From a virus (taxonomy: Duplodnaviria; Caudoviricetes), in IMG/VR virus record IMGVR_UViG_3300030430_005103, positions 1 through 57,728 of that record: a stretch of 57,728 nucleotides of DNA; one strand, written 5' to 3'. The notes under the pieces are model-generated. The model did not search any database. It saw only the letters and a program-made list of their open reading frames with translations, and was not told the origin of the DNA. A program made the position numbers and the translations under genes. Shown piece by piece: positions 47,501 through 56,067 of the stretch; the first letter of the stretch is position 1, and the number at the start of each line of letters is the position of its first letter.

Positions 47501-47986
47501 GATGATACCACAAATTTTCAAGATCCTCCTTTACAGGTTCTCTGCTTGTCGCTAAAAGATCCAGCGGGTACAGTGTTTAAAAATTACATGAGCAATGGTC
47601 AGGGGTATATAGCCAACAGTAGGATTAACCCTGCTAGACTCTCTCAATTTTGGTTTATACATCAAAACATAGTTCGCGTTGAATATTTAAGCGGTTTTGA
47701 ATCATATCAAGTTGAAATACCGGTTAAAAGCACTTCTAGCAGCCCATACTCAGTGCCAGAAGAAGGTATTTATTCAGAGCAAATTACAAATTTAAAACGT
47801 CCAAAATGGAGGGTATTAAATAATCAAGTCATCACTACTCTCAAATCTGCCGGGGGGAGCGGCGACCCTCGGAGTTTAATCTGTCGACTTGTTCCATACG
47901 TATCAAACTATATTAATAAAAACTTAGTCAATGAATTTAAAATGCCATTAATGCATTCGTATTTTAAGTTGACATTCGAGAAATGA
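44546..47986 (+). CDS. Large virion structural protein with a His-cluster motif
   Basis: TAATG coupling; contains WAGGVHIHNGRFMAGGYHSNQPH. Confidence 0.6.
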   Translation: MISKKSFTERLLPNVFVKSVTLDSELKPGGYNNANKKFSAYGIAPTDSNLQFTGMVPDDTMMSTVVLSSKFIESSTFKDDITQLLESNSSTSFVTYVHQITSREVYEDFLETLYTPTLLYQSEGLLTDFAAKVLGTVYENSLDDGIVTQMRQFGEVYDTINQGETVGSGTQILPKQILSDGTVINELITEFVFEGIPKNVDFLAYISFTAIQITMHLSDYIDSGADYDDSMMDTLSEVYGGFALISSVSKEIVLLDKNLQNQAIQFRIAEFPSNANVSALSQFGNPGEVWAGGVHIHNGRFMAGGYHSNQPHPFLDYSIVKNSRFVDNRIKQKVQQNITNITKTLEHLYSFISPYKSSAINKNLTKQKTKFISDLYLSQSPTGEVYGSFVVDKSSVILNKSPFSFLLDNAKSLDEYFPGANLYDQVAAFFLPENALLRCQVYKDDELLGTLAGSQQQTTSQSSAKDTSLGNSNTISFTLVNERNIILPKKIDNGFAVEKNDYDKFSFRHVMADPLLTTNKYSVVVEYYDFGSSYVKAALEVLNLMKGYLSYVLKYAKTTPTDNSFVGFDNTTGNIKQQTIQNLIDNGLAVEKEDGAIYPTGFDSLPFDILLIILYNPKNFSRRDFGGNFIAEFRSYLLNLADLSTTNIQKLLILDNFLNLMISNLTNILDTFGVKPTTVSNPSDYSEAVTTSVSTSQQKIISLKSDVQEIKIHDHGYDFTGLIDSNSAAADYKGRRSTGGNIGLVEITVADYELAVQQLARQVLSIQPDQSFTNSIGGTFECINITKQQTISDSLYSYLCGPGLDIEAFKSFVHLPGINKDSEYFTHQTILTAISKFKSEIFESQGGYYATIPADLSEMLTADLVAILNKDGTNLFDLTTDPESASSESPSIVQEGFQITTVSEDFSEELLNPSDNSSNFLGDVKGNKFKVGPEFTLQTVASNINKNKINLLTALFSRKSMTKLGPGESLKSFVLPMSKNNFDPFDDTTNFQDPPLQVLCLSLKDPAGTVFKNYMSNGQGYIANSRINPARLSQFWFIHQNIVRVEYLSGFESYQVEIPVKSTSSSPYSVPEEGIYSEQITNLKRPKWRVLNNQVITTLKSAGGSGDPRSLICRLVPYVSNYINKNLVNEFKMPLMHSYFKLTFEK

Positions 47987-48004
47987 GCTTTTTTGTTCAA
48001 ATTT

Positions 48005-48013
48005 AACTATTTA
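48005..48013 (+). promoter_or_regulatory. AACTATTTA putative late-promoter motif
   Basis: In a short intergenic gap directly before AAGGAG SD and ATG 48025. Confidence 0.55.
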
Positions 48014-48024
48014 AAGGAGAGAAC

Positions 48025-48225
48025 ATGCAAGAATTTGCCACAACAGAATATAATATATTTTTACAAGCAATCTTAGATGGAACTTCTAATCAAGCAGGTT
48101 CGGCGTTTGGAACCACCGAAGATGATCAACTAGCTAATTTGGTTCTTCAGTATGGTGTTTCAGATGATCAGGCGGCACAAATTATTATCGACTACAATGA
48201 AACAATAGAAAATAATCAAAACTAA
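48025..48225 (+). CDS. Small acidic protein (66 aa)
   Basis: Strong SD AAGGAG and its own upstream motif; contains no K, R or H. Confidence 0.75.
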   Translation: MQEFATTEYNIFLQAILDGTSNQAGSAFGTTEDDQLANLVLQYGVSDDQAAQIIIDYNETIENNQN

Positions 48226-48241
48226 TAGTCAAAACTATTTT
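48224..48241 (+). promoter_or_regulatory. AACTATTT motif within a short inverted repeat
   Basis: AATAGT-CAAA-ACTATT, followed by AAGGGTG SD and ATG 48254. Confidence 0.45.
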
Positions 48242-48253
48242 AAGGGTGAATAA

Positions 48254-51200
48254 ATGGCTGGTGAAGAAGAAATACTAAAAAGCATACAATACAATAATTT
48301 TATTTATCTTTTTAATGATCCATCCGATGTGGTGTTGGCTAAAAAACGCCCTAATAATACGGATCCGCCATCGCTTAAATATAGCGGTGAAGATTTTTAT
48401 CCACTCGAAGACTACCGGCGGGCAAACAGACTTTTAAAAGAACTTGCACCAACAACAACGCTCAGTACAACTCAGATTACACCTGAATCTTTAGGTTTAC
48501 AGAACACCCAGGTCGGCTCCTTAGAATCCAATCCCATTATTTTTCGGGATTTCGATGGCCAAGGCGACTTTCCAGTATTATTTTCAGCAGATGAAAACAA
48601 GGATCTAAAGCGCAACACTGATTTAGGCAATAGTTTTTTGAATTTCCGCGCAGCAAATATAACCAAAGGAACCGCAAGAGTAAATTATAAACGTACCAAT
48701 GACTTTGGACATAATCCACTAAAAAAACATAAACTTCAGGTAAGCACACAAAATGGACTATCAATATACGCTGTTTCTCACGAATTTAAAACAATGCGTG
48801 CGTCCATCGACGCCTTGACAGGCCAACAATCTTATCAGCTAATACCTGAAGATCTAGGCAACGTTGCGAGCCAAACCGATCTTGATGACGCCATGGCAGC
48901 TGCTAACAAATCAAATGGAAATTTCATTGTTAATCTAAGTAGTCCATCAGGCCCATTTTTATATAACGTACTGGATGCTTTTGGCGACGGCACTGAGGGT
49001 GACGAACAAGCAAACGCCCTTAAAACAATGATTGGAATACCGTCTGATGACCCACTGGACAATTCTGGTGTACTTAAACTAGAACCTTATACTAAGGTTG
49101 CTGGTAGTCTTACCGACGGCACCATTTATAGTGAATTTACTTTTACACAAAAATTTTATTTTGGTATCAACATACCTACCCCTCCCGCCATCGACGCGGC
49201 CTCGCCCGGACCACAAGTACTTGCTAAAAGATATTTATCCTATATATCAACCCCGCCGAATGAGGCTACTGCATACGATAATACTTTAATACAGACTAAA
49301 TATGAAAAACCATATAACGATCAATTCAAAATTATTGACAATTCCTGTACGAAAATTGGAGTGCCTTATGATTCACATTCGATCATAATAGATAAAGTTA
49401 ATTTAAATTCTTTCGGCGTTAGAAATACCGCACCGACATATGAAAGTTTTTATAATTATTTTGACCCTCAATATGAACCGGTGGTTTTATCAATCATAAA
49501 CCAAGGAATAATAAATGAAAACTCTCTCCCCAGTGTTTATGATTTTGTTTATCTTCCTTTACAAGAGGAATTTATGAGGACTTTTTTAGATCTACCAAAT
49601 GATGGTATACCTATTAAAGATACAAATATTTCTAATCTAAACACTTACTTAGATAGCTTATCTACATTTTATGGAGATTATATAGCCGGTTCAGATATTG
49701 CGCAAGATGATGAAGACCCCGCAGTATTGCCACCGAGTGCTGTTGGCTCTATAACACCACGAGATCTTGGTTTTTATATCGATCCTTATCTTGATCAGCC
49801 GGCAACTCAAGACTTGGATAACATTTTTCTTACACCGAAATCTGAGTTTTTAAAAAAAATTGAAGTAGATTCTAACGGGGGATTTGCAGACCAGCTTATA
49901 GAGTCAAAGAAAAATCATATCCCAAAGTGGATAGAAGAAATAAAATCAGGAATTTATTTTTGTGAAAAAACAATGCCAACCTTCAACGAAGCTCTAGAGT
50001 TTACAAATAGATTTCCTTTTGCCTCAACAATAAATATACCTCAAGAACAGCGCGGCCCAATAGCTAAATTATTTTCAGAATATGGTCTTTTAGATGCCAT
50101 TAACACTCACGCAGCCTCATTGGTGGTGCCAAATGAGTATTTGACTAGGGATCCCAACCAAATTACGCCGGGCAGTCGTGTGATAAAAACATATGCTAAA
50201 TTTTATGGTGGTATGATTAATGGCTATACTCCACGAAGATTTAATATGTTCAATGGTGTTAAATTAAAAACATTTAGAATGAATTTTTCTAGATTTGGGG
50301 AAACTGATTTTTTGGAGGGAGCTGACGCAACGGACAACAGATCAGATCTATATTTAGATAACTTTGAAAATGTAGGTATAGAAACGCCGAAAAATGTGTT
50401 TATTTACTCTGGTGAGGAAAGCACTTCTTCCACCACTGCATTTCTTAACATTTTAAGTATTTTGAAAAGCCAACAATTAAAAACCAAATTATATAACTTT
50501 TTTGAAGCTGGTGGAATGCGCACACCAAGGGATATACAAAATGGGAAATTTGCGCATCAAGAGACTTTAATGTATGAGATAGCTAAATATCAAATTGTTG
50601 AAGATCAAGAACAGTTTATTCAAAGTATATTTTTACCAATAGTTAATCAAGACAGTCTAAAATACGTAGATACACAAGTAGTTCCATACAAAAATTATTT
50701 TTATAAAATATTTGCCCACAAGGTTATTGTCGGAACAAGGTACAAACCAGATGATATAGAATTTTTTGAAGATCAAGTGGAAACAGACAATGAAACTGTA
50801 ATTCAGTTTCAGAACCTTAAAAAACCAGAGTTTCTTGGCTCTGGCTTTAGTGGCAAACTCCCGGAAAATAATCTGATCTACGAACACCAGTATCTAGTCG
50901 AACCTTATTTGCAGTTTGTGAGAGTGCCTTATTACAATACGCCTATGGTTAACGTACAAACTGACGCTATTAATTTTACTAGAATAGAAGATTTACCCCC
51001 AACACCACCAGAAGTTCAAGTAATACCATACAGAAATGTCAAAAATAAAATTTTATTTTTGTTAAATAATTCAACTGGTGAGTTTAAATCAACCGTGATT
51101 CCTATACTTGACACAGATTTAGATATATTTGATTTATGCGCTGTTAGTCAAGGAGTTAACCTTCCAAGTAAAGACTATTTAACTGAATTACAATTTAAGT

Positions 51201-51763
51201 CTGATGATATACCTAGAACTTATACAATATTTAGAATGGAAAAAAGACCGTCTTCTTATAAAGAATTTTTTGAAGATGATGACGCAATACAGTTTTCACT
51301 TTCTGACGGAGAGGCTTCTTTTGTTGACAATATAATTCCAAATAAAGATTATTATTACTGTTTTAGAACTACTGATGTACATGGTAAAATTTCTAATCCA
51401 ACAATTGTGTATAAAGTTATAATTATTTCTGAAATAAACAGTGCGCCTTATGTTAAAATAGAAACGTTTGATCCTCGTGATGAAGCCGGTCGAGCTAACG
51501 ATGAAAAACTATCGACCACAAAGACGTTTCAGAAGTATTTATTGTTGGGATTGAATAGATCGCAAAATACAGTTAATTATCCAAATATGGAATTTAATGA
51601 AGCGGGAGGAGCCCAAGGTGCTTATGATAGCCAACCGGTTGATATAGATTCAGCTGTGTTTGGTAAAAAATATAAATTAAGAATTACATCAAAGCAAACT
51701 GGAAGAAAAATAGATATAAATATAGATTTCAAAAATCCAAAAAATATCATAAATAATGTATAA
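48254..51763 (+). CDS. Large virion protein with C-terminal FN3-like domains
   Basis: YVDTQV...Y.YKI and FVDNIIPNKDYYYCFR..D.HG.ISNP FN3-like motifs. Confidence 0.6.
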   Translation: MAGEEEILKSIQYNNFIYLFNDPSDVVLAKKRPNNTDPPSLKYSGEDFYPLEDYRRANRLLKELAPTTTLSTTQITPESLGLQNTQVGSLESNPIIFRDFDGQGDFPVLFSADENKDLKRNTDLGNSFLNFRAANITKGTARVNYKRTNDFGHNPLKKHKLQVSTQNGLSIYAVSHEFKTMRASIDALTGQQSYQLIPEDLGNVASQTDLDDAMAAANKSNGNFIVNLSSPSGPFLYNVLDAFGDGTEGDEQANALKTMIGIPSDDPLDNSGVLKLEPYTKVAGSLTDGTIYSEFTFTQKFYFGINIPTPPAIDAASPGPQVLAKRYLSYISTPPNEATAYDNTLIQTKYEKPYNDQFKIIDNSCTKIGVPYDSHSIIIDKVNLNSFGVRNTAPTYESFYNYFDPQYEPVVLSIINQGIINENSLPSVYDFVYLPLQEEFMRTFLDLPNDGIPIKDTNISNLNTYLDSLSTFYGDYIAGSDIAQDDEDPAVLPPSAVGSITPRDLGFYIDPYLDQPATQDLDNIFLTPKSEFLKKIEVDSNGGFADQLIESKKNHIPKWIEEIKSGIYFCEKTMPTFNEALEFTNRFPFASTINIPQEQRGPIAKLFSEYGLLDAINTHAASLVVPNEYLTRDPNQITPGSRVIKTYAKFYGGMINGYTPRRFNMFNGVKLKTFRMNFSRFGETDFLEGADATDNRSDLYLDNFENVGIETPKNVFIYSGEESTSSTTAFLNILSILKSQQLKTKLYNFFEAGGMRTPRDIQNGKFAHQETLMYEIAKYQIVEDQEQFIQSIFLPIVNQDSLKYVDTQVVPYKNYFYKIFAHKVIVGTRYKPDDIEFFEDQVETDNETVIQFQNLKKPEFLGSGFSGKLPENNLIYEHQYLVEPYLQFVRVPYYNTPMVNVQTDAINFTRIEDLPPTPPEVQVIPYRNVKNKILFLLNNSTGEFKSTVIPILDTDLDIFDLCAVSQGVNLPSKDYLTELQFKSDDIPRTYTIFRMEKRPSSYKEFFEDDDAIQFSLSDGEASFVDNIIPNKDYYYCFRTTDVHGKISNPTIVYKVIIISEINSAPYVKIETFDPRDEAGRANDEKLSTTKTFQKYLLLGLNRSQNTVNYPNMEFNEAGGAQGAYDSQPVDIDSAVFGKKYKLRITSKQTGRKIDINIDFKNPKNIINNV

Positions 51764-51764
51764 T

Positions 51765-51772
51765 ACTATTTA
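51765..51772 (+). promoter_or_regulatory. ACTATTTA putative late-promoter motif
   Basis: Immediately after the stop codon, ahead of GAGGAG SD and ATG 51793. Confidence 0.55.
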
Positions 51773-51792
51773 GTTAAAAGAGGAGATTATAA

Positions 51793-52737
51793 ATGGCTTT
51801 CTTAGACAATTCAGGTGACATTATATTAGACGCTGTGTTAACGGACACAGGGCGCCTAAGACTGGCTCGTGGAGACGGTTCATTCAAAATTACAAAATTC
51901 GCTTTCGGAGACGACGAAATCAACTATGCTAGCTATAATGGCCAACATTTATCCGGATCAGCTTATTATGATTTAGAAATATTACAAACACCAATTTTTG
52001 AGGCGTTTACAAACAACACTTCTACAATGAAGTCAAAACTAATAAGCTTAACAAACAATAATCTTCTTTTTCTACCTATAATAAAACAAAATACGTTATT
52101 GTCCAATACTCAATTACCAGCTAGCAATGATGCGCTCGCCGCAGGCAAGTACACTGTTTTTGTTAATGATGACACAAAAGACGCTCTTCTTGCTGCAAAA
52201 AATACAACGCTCGCAAGTCTTTCTGGGTTCATTAACGGATATTCAAAGCCAGGAAACAATTACATTCGTGTGGATCAAGGATTAGACACAACTAAGATAT
52301 CTTCAGATTTCTCTATTGATCCGGAGTTGAAAGAAAGACAATATCTGGTAGAAGTTGATTCTAGATTCTTATTTCTATATGACTTACAAGGCAGTCAGAA
52401 CGCACAAGAGTCTTTTATAGATGATGATTTAATCGCAACTTATTACTTTACGCAGAACATTGGTTCTTATATTTCAGACTTAACACCAGGAGAAAACCCA
52501 GACACTGGAGACGAAAATATCTTAGGACCAAGAGGAACTAGATTTCAATTTGGACTACAAGCAGCAACTGATGTTAAAACTTCAGATTATTTATTTAATA
52601 CCATAGGAGTTGACGTATCAGAAGGTAGCCCTAGCAAAAGCTTCTCTGCCATAGATACTAGTATTAGAATCACAGGTGTTACAACGGGATACAGAGTAGA
52701 TATACCGGTAAGGGTATTAAAAGAACAAAATACTTAA
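51793..52737 (+). CDS. Baseplate/tail-associated structural protein
   Basis: DAVLTDTGR..LA.G...ITKFAFGD resembles tail-collar/fibre-attachment N-termini. Confidence 0.6.
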   Translation: MAFLDNSGDIILDAVLTDTGRLRLARGDGSFKITKFAFGDDEINYASYNGQHLSGSAYYDLEILQTPIFEAFTNNTSTMKSKLISLTNNNLLFLPIIKQNTLLSNTQLPASNDALAAGKYTVFVNDDTKDALLAAKNTTLASLSGFINGYSKPGNNYIRVDQGLDTTKISSDFSIDPELKERQYLVEVDSRFLFLYDLQGSQNAQESFIDDDLIATYYFTQNIGSYISDLTPGENPDTGDENILGPRGTRFQFGLQAATDVKTSDYLFNTIGVDVSEGSPSKSFSAIDTSIRITGVTTGYRVDIPVRVLKEQNT

Positions 52738-52755
52738 TAACAAAAGGAAAAATAA

Positions 52756-54336
52756 ATGGCTACTACATTTAAAACTTTATTAAACAGCGATATCGCAAAT
52801 ACAAGAACACTTCTTCATGAGGCAATTCCAATCACAGGAACAATCATTTCAGGTACCTACGAGGACGAGAACATTAAGACGTTCGCTCATGGTATGTTCG
52901 AGGCAGTTTTTGATTATCCCTACTTAAGTTCATCAGCAAATCATATTTTTGATATTTCTGCCGGATATGCTTCTGACAGCATATTATCTGGAGCGGCCAA
53001 CACCCAAGGTAAGAAAAAAATGAACATATATAATCAACACGCTCAGGTGTTGGTTGGCTACGATGTTAGTGGAAATATTCAAAATTTTGACAGAGATGGC
53101 AACACAGGCACTACTGGTGATCAAATGAAAGAGTGTTTCTTTATTAATTTTTCTAGGCTTTTAACAAAGGATGAAATAAAAAAAGATTCATTCAGATTAG
53201 GGATGTTTGCCTCTTCTAGCGCAGTTAATGGTATAGTTGATGGCGGCGCCGCACTAACCACAGGCGTTAGAAATCAGCTAGAAGTCATTGGAGATTATGG
53301 CGCAGCGACAGAATATAAAGTTAATTCTCCTGCTGGAGAATTTGGATTGCTTTATAGTAGTTCTGCAACTCCACGAAACACCAACAATAATCCTCCAATT
53401 GGACACATTTATTACCAAGCTGGAATCGCAGTTATTACGGCATCTTTCTTTTCAGGTGCTTTCGGTGATCCGTCTAGCACAGCCGATAGAACCCAGTCTA
53501 GCGGGGAACTTGGAGTACAAGCATCCAGAACGGACGCAGTTTCTCTTGCGGCTGGCCCAGTAACCGCCGATGAGACAATTAGTATAACTTTCCCAGCTGG
53601 TTATCCCACCCTTGCTGAGACCACGGTTCAATTTGTATTCAAAAGCGCTGGCGATGTAAATACGGGAACACCAGATATCAATCAGGTTTTTGTAAGCCAC
53701 GGAGGTAGTGAGTCAGATAGCGCGACAAACTTTAGAAAAGCAATTAATGGTATAACCAATAATGATGGATCTGAAGATGTTAAATTTGGATCTAATCCGG
53801 CGTTTACTGATGGCAGCGGCTTTCAAATTCCAAACTTAACTGCGGCCGTAGGAAGCACCGCAGCGAAAGTTACGATTACTGCAGCCATCCCCGGTGGTAT
53901 TGGTGCCACTGGTAATAGCGTTGAATTATCAAAAACTGGTTCAGACATAACCATACTAAGTCCACTACAAAATGGTACTAACGCAGAACTGGCAGTAATG
54001 AATCGCTTGACCGGCTCAACGATTACTCAATTGGCAAATGGCTTTCGTTATAATTATGAAAATCTAGATTTTAATAATACGACAGAACTCAACTCAACCA
54101 TATATTTCTGTCGTGCTAATACTCAAGATTACAATTATAGTGCTAATCCAACTTACTTAGATGCGAGTGAGATTAGAGTTAAAAATAATAACCCCAAAGC
54201 CCAACCGGTTGCTTATATCACGACTGTTGGTCTTTACGGCTCTGATAATGAGCTTCTTGCTGTCGCAAAGTTATCAGAACCTTTAAAGAAATCACCTTCG
54301 AATGAAATTACTTTGAGGGTCAGACTAGACTACTAA
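52756..54336 (+). CDS. Baseplate/tail-associated structural protein with an inserted module
   Basis: C-terminal YITTVGLY..DNELLAVAKLSEP.KK...LD, paralogous to 54338. Confidence 0.65.
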   Translation: MATTFKTLLNSDIANTRTLLHEAIPITGTIISGTYEDENIKTFAHGMFEAVFDYPYLSSSANHIFDISAGYASDSILSGAANTQGKKKMNIYNQHAQVLVGYDVSGNIQNFDRDGNTGTTGDQMKECFFINFSRLLTKDEIKKDSFRLGMFASSSAVNGIVDGGAALTTGVRNQLEVIGDYGAATEYKVNSPAGEFGLLYSSSATPRNTNNNPPIGHIYYQAGIAVITASFFSGAFGDPSSTADRTQSSGELGVQASRTDAVSLAAGPVTADETISITFPAGYPTLAETTVQFVFKSAGDVNTGTPDINQVFVSHGGSESDSATNFRKAINGITNNDGSEDVKFGSNPAFTDGSGFQIPNLTAAVGSTAAKVTITAAIPGGIGATGNSVELSKTGSDITILSPLQNGTNAELAVMNRLTGSTITQLANGFRYNYENLDFNNTTELNSTIYFCRANTQDYNYSANPTYLDASEIRVKNNNPKAQPVAYITTVGLYGSDNELLAVAKLSEPLKKSPSNEITLRVRLDY

Positions 54337-54337
54337 A

Positions 54338-55543
54338 ATGCCTTTATACAAATTTGGTCCAAAAGATATCCTTAGAAATAGGATCAAAACCTATCCGAAC
54401 AATACCTTCTTTGTTCATAGCGCTAGTATATATTATGGCAACAGAAATCAGATTACGGGTGCCTTTGTAGATAATGTAACTCATGTTCCTACTGGTTTTG
54501 TTAGTCTGTATGAATTAAATATTGATAGAAAGTTTTCAGATCATACGTATGATCCAGATACAAACACCGGCAAAAAAACTAAAATATTTCCTTTCATATC
54601 AAAAGATTCGTCTTTTAATTCTTTCGCCACAATATCAACAAATAACTTTAATCAATTCCAATATGGTGATATAATAACAGGTAGTTATCCTTTTTCTGCT
54701 TCAATAACCAGAGAAACATTTGATGCTGGTACAAACCCAACCGGTTCACATCTGTTGGCTTTAAAGAACACTTTAAATTATTATAAATCTCTAAGCCCTA
54801 ATTATGCTTTTTCATCTTCATTAAGAGACTTAGCAACAGATGATGTTACACTGATTAGTATACCTAGCATTTTTTATGGTTCTAACATTCGTAAAAATTC
54901 TGTTAAACTAGATTTTTATATCTCTGGCACCTTGGTTGCTAGTTGTGAAGACTTGTATAGAAATGGAGAGCTGATACAAACTAGCGGCACTGCCCATGCG
55001 CAATCAAACGGCTCGGGATCTGTCGCCGGAGTAGTGCTTTATAACGAAGGTTTTGTGTTACTAACTGGAAGTTGGAGCTTAACTGAAGAAAATTATGATT
55101 TCGGACCAGCACCGAACCGCACCGGTCAATGGACTGATTTTGCGGCTGGGGCCAATGATGGCCTTTCTCCCGCTGATTTAACTTTATCAGCCAGCTTCGC
55201 TTTAAATTTTCAAGGTACGAATTATATTAATACTATGACTATGAATTGTGATGCTCCACTTGGAGAGTTAAACTACTCGCCAAATCCTACGTATATGACA
55301 TCTAGCTTGTATGGGGCGTTTTCAAGTAAAGAAGGTTATTTTCAAGATAATAAAATTGCGGTTAAAAATACAATTAGCTCTTCGTTTTACAACTATGAAG
55401 AAGATTTTAAACCACAGACATTTATAACAAAGATAGGCATATACGATAAAGATAAAAATTTGATAGCTATAGCCAATCTCGCGAAGCCAATTAAAAAAAC
55501 CGAAGATAGAGACTACACATTTAGATTAAAACTAGATATTTAA
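54338..55543 (+). CDS. Baseplate/tail-associated structural protein
   Basis: C-terminal FITKIGIYD.D.NLIAIANLAKP.KK...LD, paralogous to 52756. Confidence 0.65.
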   Translation: MPLYKFGPKDILRNRIKTYPNNTFFVHSASIYYGNRNQITGAFVDNVTHVPTGFVSLYELNIDRKFSDHTYDPDTNTGKKTKIFPFISKDSSFNSFATISTNNFNQFQYGDIITGSYPFSASITRETFDAGTNPTGSHLLALKNTLNYYKSLSPNYAFSSSLRDLATDDVTLISIPSIFYGSNIRKNSVKLDFYISGTLVASCEDLYRNGELIQTSGTAHAQSNGSGSVAGVVLYNEGFVLLTGSWSLTEENYDFGPAPNRTGQWTDFAAGANDGLSPADLTLSASFALNFQGTNYINTMTMNCDAPLGELNYSPNPTYMTSSLYGAFSSKEGYFQDNKIAVKNTISSSFYNYEEDFKPQTFITKIGIYDKDKNLIAIANLAKPIKKTEDRDYTFRLKLDI

Positions 55544-55554
55544 GGAACCATTAT

Positions 55555-56067
55555 ATGATACTAGGATTAGATATAAGCACCAGCATAACTGGTTTTTGTA
55601 TCTTAGACGGTGAAGGAGAGATAATTCGCTCTGGAGTCTGGGATACAAGGAATAAAAATAAATTTGAAACATTTTTTGATAAAATTCAACATGTCAAAGA
55701 TGGCTTACAAGAAATAAAGGTACAGTATCCAATCCAACGAGTATTTATAGAGAAACCTTTTATGTTTTTTGGATCAGGAGGATCCACAGCAAAAACCATG
55801 GCAGCATTACAAAAGTTTAATGGTACAATCTCTTGGATATGTTATGAGACGTTCAAACATCAACCAACTTACTTTACTGCCCAACAAGCACGAAAACTTA
55901 ACGAAATAAAGGTAGAAAAAGGTAAAGATACTAAGAAACAAATATTACAATGGGTGCTTGACAACTACCCTGACTTCAGTGTAGAATATACACACAAGGG
56001 AAATCCCCGACCAAAATATTTTGATATTGCTGATGCAATAGTAGTAGCGAAGGCAGGGCTTAAATGA
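55555..56067 (+). CDS. RuvC-like Holliday junction resolvase
   Basis: ILGLDIS...TG, VFIE and DIADA catalytic acidic motifs. Confidence 0.85.
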   Translation: MILGLDISTSITGFCILDGEGEIIRSGVWDTRNKNKFETFFDKIQHVKDGLQEIKVQYPIQRVFIEKPFMFFGSGGSTAKTMAALQKFNGTISWICYETFKHQPTYFTAQQARKLNEIKVEKGKDTKKQILQWVLDNYPDFSVEYTHKGNPRPKYFDIADAIVVAKAGLK

